The notes under the pieces: model-generated
The model's database searches: none
The model's input: only the letters and a program-made list of their open reading frames with translations
Told to the model about the DNA's origin: nothing
Program-made: the position numbers and the translations under genes
Source of the DNA: an uncultured Planctomycetales bacterium
GTDB taxonomy: Bacteria > Omnitrophota > Gorgyraeia > Gygaellales > Profunditerraquicolaceae
Assembly (NCBI GenBank): GCA_964487475.1
Contig: CAZAPM010000002.1
Location: 62,001-126,000 of the forward strand
Reading direction: 5' to 3'
Length of the DNA: 64,000 nt
Part shown: in pieces, positions 9,601 through 18,600 of the stretch
Layout of the letters: every line of letters begins with the position of its first letter
Numbering within the stretch: the first letter of the stretch is position 1

Positions 9601-12600
9601 AGTACCTGCTTGGGATGACGAACCGCTCCCGGGACAGGTTCTCTGAGGAAAGTTGGAAGGAGTTGCGGGCGATACTTGCGCTTCTGGCGGTAGATAATGT
9701 TTCGCTGGGCGGGCAGATCGGCAAAGGTTTTACCCGGGAACGGATAGAGGCAGTGTTGGCAACCGCCGTGGTGGTACAGGACGAGCGGGGGATTAAGGCG
9801 ATGGCGCTGGCCGAGCTCGTGACGAGGCTGGTTTCCGATGCAACGCAGCGCGTCCGGGTAAGGCAGTTACAGCAGGCAGAGGATATCTCCGGGCTGGTAG
9901 AGATGGCGCTCGAAGCGGTCTCTTCCGGAGGTTTCGATGCGCAGACCGCCGGTATGCTGCAGCGCGCGATCCGTTTCCTTGCCGGTGCGCAGTTGCGGCA
10001 GTTCTCTCAGCGCGCCGATGCGCCGGCAGTCGTGGATTACGAGCAGTTCTTTTTGGGAGAAGGGGACGCGGGGCGAAATACCATTTCCCTGATCGACGCG
10101 CTTTTCTTGCGCGACGGGTCCGGTGTGGTAGCTCCCGGGCTCCAGCCTTTGCTGGCCGAGGCCCTGTTGCATGAAGCGATGGAGGCGGTTACCCGGGAAG
10201 GGAATCACGCGGAGCTGTATCGGGGGGTCCAGCGAACGATATTCGGCCAGGCAAATCCCTTGGGGAAACAGCTGCGGCAATTCATCGATGCCCAGGTAGC
10301 GGCGGCGCAGCAGGCGCAGGGGTATATCCCGGTGCGGCCCGAAAGTTCCGCTCCCCGGGTGAAGTTCCTGGCTTCGGCCAATATCGGAGGGGAGAAACAT
10401 AAGGAGTTCTGGGTGGCTTCCGACGGGTCCCTTTGGATATTCAAAGAGAACCCGTATTCCGCGGAGCCGTACCGCGGCCTGGGCGTGGAGATATATTATA
10501 CGTTCGTGCTGAGATTCTTTGGGATGGACCAGGAAGCGTACGCCTGTTCTCTTCCGGACCCCACGGGGAAGATGCGCAGCGGTGCTCTGGAAAAGGTCCT
10601 GCTCACCGAGGCAGGCAAGGGAGTGGACTGGCGGCAGGTGCAGGCTGCCGACGTGCACGCCGCATTCGAACGCTCCGTTCCCGTGAACTTCAAACGGCTG
10701 GTGCAGGAGGGGAAAATATCCCCGAAAGACCTTAATGCGGTGCAGATCTCCCAGGTACTGAGGGAAATGGTGCTGGGGTGGCTTTTCTCCAACCATGACA
10801 TGCACCAGGCCAACTATGTGGTCGACGACTCGGGTAACGTGATCGGGATCGACAAGGAGCAGGTGTTTAAGTATTTCCCCGGCGACCGGCTGGATCTCAC
10901 CTATATGCCAAACGGGTTCGGGTTTACCCCCCTGCATTACCAGGTGCTGGCGTTCCTCGCGGTCACGGGGAAGCTTGACCTGGCGCTCATCGAGTCTACC
11001 CTGGCGCGTATCGACTCTATCCCGGATGAGGAGTACCGCGCGATGCTCGAGCCATTCGCAGAGCAGTTCGCGCAGGTTCACGGAGCGTCCCGTTTTCCGG
11101 GAAAGGACGCGAAGGAGGAATTCCTGCGTCTGGCGATCGCGCGCAAGCATTCCCTGCGCGCGGATTTCGCGGCGTTTTTCAAATCCCTGCAGGATGCGTT
11201 TTCGCCGAAACCTGTCAGCGAGACTTCGGTCTATGCACTGCCTGCGGCAAAGCAGGAACTCGGAGCGCTGATGAAAGGCGCCGACATTTTCAAGAATATG
11301 ATCGTGGATGCCAAGGCCAAAGACCTGGTGGGGATATGGGAGAAGAAGATCTTTCTTCCGATCAAAGACCCCGGTGCGCCTGCCACCGAACCTTCCGGGC
11401 CTAAGGTCGAACCGTCCGCGACGGAGCCGGTGTTCAACGCCCAGCCTCAGATGCACCGGCAGATGGCGGAGCTCTACGGGGTGGATGCGCAGTTCCTCCG
11501 GAAAGTACAGGAGGCCGGCGGGGATCCGGAAAAACTGATCGCCGTGCTGCAGGAGCGTTTCGATGCCATGATGGAATCGGAACGGTTGACCCCGGAGCAG
11601 AGGGAGAAGATGCGCGCGCGGCATCAGGAGCTCATCGAAAAGATACGGGCGCCCCCCGCGAAGCTTAAGGTATTGCAAAGCCTCTTTAGACTGCTCACTT
11701 CGTGGATCGCCGCGCTGCGCCAGGAAAAATCGCAGTATCACCGGGTGTATCTGGCCAGGGACGGCGGGTTTTTCTATATGATCGATAAGGCGCTTGAGCT
11801 CGCGCAGGGGAAGGCCTCGGAGTACGACGCCGGCGCTTCGGTGTACCTGCACAGCCGCGCCCGCATGGGAGGAGAATCCACCTGGCGCATCTATTACCGG
11901 ATGAAGGATATCATTGACGAGGCCCGGGCTCTTTCCAACGGGGATAAGGCGGCGTTCCACCGGGAGTTGCGCCGGCTTTTCCGTGAGCAGTACGATGCGG
12001 ATAGGCAGTGGAGGGAGATGGTGGACGCCACCCGCAAAGAGCTGGAGGCCCTCGGATACGACAAGATGGAGAAGATCGTATTTGTCGATACCGGCTTCAA
12101 GGGCACCAACCCGTTCTTCCTCAAGTGCGTGCTGGAGCAGTTCCGCCCCGAAGAGGCGCTGGTCGACGAGGCCGGGGAGCAGAACGTCCAGGTCGCCTGC
12201 GTGCAGCCGTCTGATATCCACGAGTTCGCCCAGATGCTCTTCGGGTTTGACCTGGCCTTGTTTTCCCCCGAGGAGCGCAGCATCATCGAGGGGCTGGCGA
12301 AGAAGTTCAGCCAGGGAAAGAGCGTGGGGAGCCATCTTGAAGACATCGAAGTGCACCCGGTTGAATTCAACGAGCGCACCTATTCGATCGAGCTCACCTC
12401 TCCGGAAGACAGGCTGGAGGTGGCGTTCGAGCAGATGTTTGCCGCGCAGGCCGTGGCGCAATTCCTGGCCAGGCTGGCGGAAGTGCCGGGAGAGGTCCGC
12501 AACAATCCCATGCTCAGGGGTAAACTGATGACCCTGATACTCAAGGACGGCTTCAGCGATTACCTGACCACGAAATACGATATCAAAGAACTGGTCTCGA

Positions 12601-15600
12601 CCACCCCGGAAATCGCCAAGATATTATTCAAGGGAGGCCCGGTCAACCTCGCCGTGGGGTTACCCGCATATTTCGCTCCTACAGATCTGAAAAAGCAGGG
12701 AACCGCGGCCATGGCCGCAGCGTTAAGTAAAGAGCCGCTTGTCGTGAACGACTTCGCCTCGTTCCTGGCGAATTCCGTGAACGCGGATATCCTGCAGAAG
12801 AACAACGCGATCAAGGAAGGGGTGCAGGTAAAAAGCCTGTCGCAAAAGATGGCGCAGGAGTTCTCCGTCAGGCAGCTCAAGCTTCCCTGGCGGCTGCGGA
12901 TATTCCTGTTCCTTTCCAATATCCTTACCTGGATCGTGCAGATGATGGGGATACAGGCTGATGCCGTGACGTTGCTCGCCAACATGCTTTTACCCGCTCC
13001 GGTGAGGGATGCGGCGGTAGGGTTATTTCACGCCGAGCGGCAGGCGCAGGGGCCCTTGCCCGATGAGGCGCTGGCGATATTCGATTTCGGGAAGAAAGGG
13101 GCCTTCGTTTCGGGAGAAGGGTTCTCTCCCGCAGATCCGGGATTAGGCGGGTTGGTTTCTTTGGCTGCCCAGGGCAGGGTACGGATCATGGTGGCAGACT
13201 CGGATTCCCGACAGCTGTTTACCGACGGCACGCAGCGCGCGCCCTTCTTCTGCCGGGTGAATCCCGACGGCACGCTTACCGTATATGTCGGAAGGGGGCT
13301 GTTTACGCAGCTGACCGGGGACCAGCACGGCCGTGCCGTATTCGCCGCTACCCTCGATTATCTGGTCAAGTTCGCCCGGACCGGGGACCGCGGGATCGCG
13401 CAGGACGTGTTCAACTCCCGGTGCGCGACCCTTGGCCTGCTGCGTGACGAGGCTTCGGCATTTCTCAGGGAGAAGATGGGCGCGTGGGAGCGCGCGGAGA
13501 AGTGGCAGGTCGCGCCGCAGGGGCCGGGGGTGCTTTCTTCCCGGAGGTTCGCCTACTTCCCGTCCATCATGCTCGCATTCATTTCTCTGGCCTCGAGCGC
13601 CCTGGCTGCCGGGCCTCAGGAGGCGATCACCGCCGGGTCCACGTTTGCCGCCGGAGCGGTATGGGCGGTGCCCATCGTGGTTTCTTTGGTATGGCAGGGG
13701 ATGAAGCGGATCGGAAAGGTGCTGGTCAACCGCGCTCCGCAGCAAAGCGAAAAGGTGCTGCAGGAAGCGGTGTCCCAGTTGAACCGGGCGGCATATCTGC
13801 GCAATCCTTACGAGCTGACCGGCATCACTCTTGCCGGCAGGATGCGTGCGGTGGAGCTGGTCAGTTCCATGGGGAACAACACCTGGGTATATGCGGTGGA
13901 AGGTTTCCCGCACCTGGTGTTCAAGGTGTTCATCCAGAAGGGGGTGGCGTTCTGGAACCGGCCGGATGATCCTGCGCTCAGGGAGGAATACCGCGGGCAG
14001 CTGCGGAGGAAATTCGAGCAGGAGGTCAGGAGAATGGCGGAGGTCTCCGCCCTGCTGCGCGAGGGGCAGTCGGAGACCGTGGTGGACGGAGTACGCCTGG
14101 TCGCGCTGCCGCGGGTAGCGCCTTTCGCGTATCTTGAGAGCGGGCCGGATGAGGCGGGGGTACTGGTGCAGCTGCGCAGCAGCGGCGATCCGGCGTTCGC
14201 CTATCAGGTCCGGGGATTGAAGGAGACCCTTGCCGGGTCCGGAGTGGACCTGGAGGACGATAAGACCGCCAACGCCCAGAAGTTTTCCGACGGGAGGATC
14301 CTGGTGACGGACCTGGGCGCGTTGCGCGCCGCCCGGAGTTTTGCCGCCGTCGAGGACCTGGAGGCAGTCATCGCCCGCGAGTTCCGGGAGGCGCTTCGCG
14401 ACCGCCGGCCGGTCGCGGATATCTTCGCGCTGGTGATCCCGCAGCTTCCCGAGGAGAGCGCCCTCCGGCAGGCAGCGGAGGAGTTGCGCCGTACGGTTTC
14501 CGCAAGGGCGGAGTTCGAGGTCGACTTGAACGCATTGGCCGCGAAGTACGGTCTCACCGAGCCGGAGGTCAGGCTGCTGGCCCTGATGGCGCAGCCGGGT
14601 CAGGGGGCGGGACCTTCCGGAGAAAGCGCGCATACCATGGACGCGTATTACAGGAATATGGCCAGGACCCTCAGGGTCCGCGACCTCGAGAGCATCCGGG
14701 AAAAACTGCGCGATCCCGTTTTTCTGGCTATGGCCAAAGAGCGCCTCGTGACGCGGGTGCGCGCGGAAAGGGGCGCTCCTTCGCCCCACAGCATCTTCTT
14801 TGCGCTAAGGGATCAGTTGCGCGACCTGGGGTTTGACCCGGAGACGCTTTCGGAAATGTATTTCGGAGGGGTCCAGCTGGGGATACAGTATCCGTATACT
14901 TCCATCTCGATCCTGGGGGTGCAGGTGGGGTATTCGCGGGTAAGGCAAGGGTCCGCCTTCCTGCCCAACGGGGTAGCCCTGGCAGTGGATACGGTCGCGA
15001 ACCTTGACGATCGCACCGTGGATGAGGTGTATGCGGCATTGATCCGGGTAGTGGAGCTGATGGAAGAAGGTTCGGTTGTCTCTGCCGGCGCCCCGGCCGC
15101 CGAGGATCTTACGGTGGCGGAAATGGAGGCGGTCCAGCGCGCGGTGTCGGCGGCAAAGGGAAAGAGCTGGGAAGAGATGGCCCTGGCCGCACAGCAGGCA
15201 TTGCCCGCAGGCAAGCCGTTGCGCGCGCTGCGTACCGTGCTCGAAGGGATCGTCTCCCGCACTTCCGCCCTTCCCGGGATGTCCTTTGACGATGCCTCGG
15301 CGTACATCAACCGGGAGTTGTCCGGATTGCAGAGTCGCATCGCGTTTTCAATCCTCAACACGGTCAGTGCCCGCCGCAGCGTTCCTTCGGTTGACGTGCC
15401 GGCGATCCGTCAGGCGGTCATCGGCGCCCGGGTGGAGGAGTGGGATGCGGCCGCGCGGGTGATCCTGCGGCACCTGCCTTCCGATGCGACGGTCGATGTG
15501 CTGCGACGCCACCTGCAGGAGATCGCGGAGGGGAAGAGCCTTTTGGCCGGCCGCGTCGAAGAGGAATCCGCCGTGTACGAGCGGATATTGCGCGAGACCG

Positions 15601-18600
15601 GGCTCCCCGAGGACCAGGCGCAGGTGCTGGGACTGGCGCTGGGTGTGGGATGGAATCAGGACCGCGGGGCTGCCGGGGAAAACGCGCCGATACCCAGCGG
15701 ATACGGCACGTTCGGCGGAAGCGCCCTGACCCGCGATCTGCAGGCGACCCTTCAGACGCTCACCGGAATGCCTTACGTGCTGCAGTCCCAGTTAGTGTAT
15801 CCTCTGCCCCGCAGGGAGGATGTCAATCAGACCATTACCTTCGCCCGCTGGATGGGGACCCAGTTCTTCGAGCGGCTGCAGGAGATCAAAAGGGAACCTC
15901 CCCGGAGAGTGCGTATCCTGGTGATCGGGACGGGGGCCGGGGTGGACCTTCTGACCCTCTGGCATCAGGCGGTGCGCGCCGGGGTGCCGGTCGATATCGA
16001 CGCTATCGACGTGAAAAAGGAGGCGGTTGCGAACACCTGGGTGAATGTAGGCAGGGCGCCCCGCGCGTGGCAGACCCGGGGGGATACTGTAAGCGTGAAG
16101 CTGGTCGAGCCCGGAAAAGAGTTCGACCACCTTGCCGGCCGGACCTATGATTTTATCGCGTTCAATGCCCCGGATGCGGTTTCCGCCGCCACTATCCCGG
16201 AACAGGTCAGCGACCGTTCGGCGAAGATAGAGCAGGAGGTGCTGCAGAGCCTGATGCGCCGGGTGCGCGGGCTGTTCCGCCGGGATACGGTGATGCTGCT
16301 GGAACACAGCGAGAATTTTTCCCCGTTTCTCAAGGCGGTTTTCAGGAAGAAACCCATCAAGTTCCTCCCCGAGGATGACGATCACCGGGAGCGTCTTTAT
16401 GCGGAGGGAAAGACCACCCGGACCATTTCGGAGCTGACGCTTCCTACCCAGACGGGGGTACCGGCGGCCGGAGCGGCCCGGACCATGGATTACCGGGTCG
16501 CGCATTGGTCGGCTACGTCGCGGTCGCCGGACGGGAGGTTGACGGGGATACAGCTGGTGCGGGTCAATAAACGCAATAATCTGCCGCAGGTCATGGAATT
16601 CGATGTCGAGTATTTCGATAACTTTCCTGACCGCCGGCAGGGGATCCGGCTTTACCGCAAGAGCCGTTCCCGGGACGTCAACTCCGTTCCCGATCTCATG
16701 GTCTATGCGCTGCCCACGGCGCACGACCCGCAAATGCTGGCGATCCGGGGCTGCTTTATCTCGGATATAGTATTTGAAAGAGGGGTCTCGCGGGAGGGAT
16801 TGCGTAACGAAGGGCTGCTGGAACCTCTGCTGGGGCTTTTCTTCAAGGAGTTCCCGCAGGCTATGTACGTACATCCTAATGTCAGCGTACTGGGGCTGCT
16901 GGCGGCGTTACAGAATTTCGGGTTCGCTCCGGAATCCGGGCGCGCCCCCAATGCCCGGTATCAGCGCATAACCAACGGAGAGAACCAGACGCGTACCGCG
17001 ACGGGCCGCCATCGTTTTGAAGGCCGGGTGGCGTTCACCGATCCCGCGGCCAAGGTCCGTTTCCTGCAGGGCTCTCAGGTGATCGCGGAGTACGAGATAG
17101 TGGATTCCCTTACCGGAGAATCCGTTCCGCTTTATGTAGGGGAACAGTTGGAGCTTAAGGACCTGGAAAAATTCGAAGAGGCCATGCGGCCTTTCCGCTT
17201 CTACGGGTATGCTTCGGTCCCCGTGTTCGACGAAACGGTGGAGCGCACGGAAGTGGCGATACGCAGCGTCGTACACGGGATCTTGCGGGATATCCTCCCC
17301 GCGTCCCGGCAATTCGAAGGGACGATGATGTCCCTGGCCTCCGTCCCCGCGGTGAAAAAGGCGATGAAAGATTCCGGGTTCGCTCCGGCACACGCTTCCA
17401 AGGCGCTGGAGCTGGTGCGCCGGCTGCTGGACGAGGCGTTTCGCGCGGCCGACAGGGGAAAGCTCAATCGTTACCTCGCGGTCAAGTATATCGATGCGCT
17501 GGCCCGGTCCATCTCTTCCCTGAAGATGTTGCGGATCTCTCTGGAAAAATCCCGGCAGCAGGTGTATTCCGAGGCCGCGGGCGGCGATGACCTGCAGCTG
17601 ACGCTTATGCTCAAAGAGATGGAGGATCTTTCCGATGATCTGCAGTACTTGATCGACCTGCTGGTTAGCCGGGTCGAGTTCATCCGGGGCAGCGGTGATG
17701 AGCAGCTGACGGATGTGGAGACCGTGCTGCGCAGCGTGCTGGGGCGTTTCAGCCTTCCGGTGTCCCTGTCCGTGCCGGCAGAGCGCGTGATCATCAAGGC
17801 CAATTCCCTGACCCTGGAAAGCGCCTTGAACAATCTGGTGGCCAATGCGGTATCTTTTGCGCAGATGCAAGGCCTGCGGGAAGGGACTACGCCGCAGGTA
17901 GGGGTGCGGGTCACGGTGGACCAGGATAATACGGTGCGGATCGAGATCTCCGATAACGGGACCGGGGTCCCGGCGGAGTTCCTGGAGACGGATCCGACCA
18001 CCGGCAGGCTTAAAGTATTCAATCTTGACGCTTCCGGAAAGGATCTTAAGGTAGGGCTGGGCACGACCGAAGCCTGGTACGCGTTCAAGGATATGGGAGG
18101 CACGGTCGAGGTTTCCTCGGTGCAGGGAGCGACCGTGTTTACCGTACGCGGCCTTCCGAGGGTCGGGCCGTCCTCTTCGGCCGAGGGGGAAGGACCGGAT
18201 GCGTCCGGTCCCTTGCCCGGGCCGGCGGATCAGGCGCCCGCTGCGCCGGAAGGCAAGACCGGAGGTATCGATCTGCGCATGCTGCCGCTGGTCAGGCAGC
18301 CTGCACCTCCGGGGGCCGCTCCGGTATCTTCTGCGCGGCCCGGGTACGGGATAAAGGAAGCGGGCCGGGAGTTTGACGCCGAGATCGTTCAGATGCAGGT
18401 GATGGTCCGGGCGGGAGTGGTGCCTTCTTCCCAGCGCATCAAGGAGTATCTTTTGTCGGTGTCCCTCTCCTCGCGCCGCGAAGCCGGCCTGGAGCAGGCG
18501 CTCTCCTGCGTCGCGGAAATATTGAGGCTTGAAGAGTCCCGTGCCGAACGCACGGAGGAGAGCCTGCGGCGGATGCTGCGGCTGGTGGAAACGGACGCCG

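Noticed and set aside
9867..12461. 864-aa minus-strand ORF and other long antisense ORFs (1028-2836, 13143-14789, 16908-18617, 42949-44676)
   Set aside because: They lie wholly opposite well-supported + genes, have no recognisable motifs, and are expected shadows of GC-rich codon usage.
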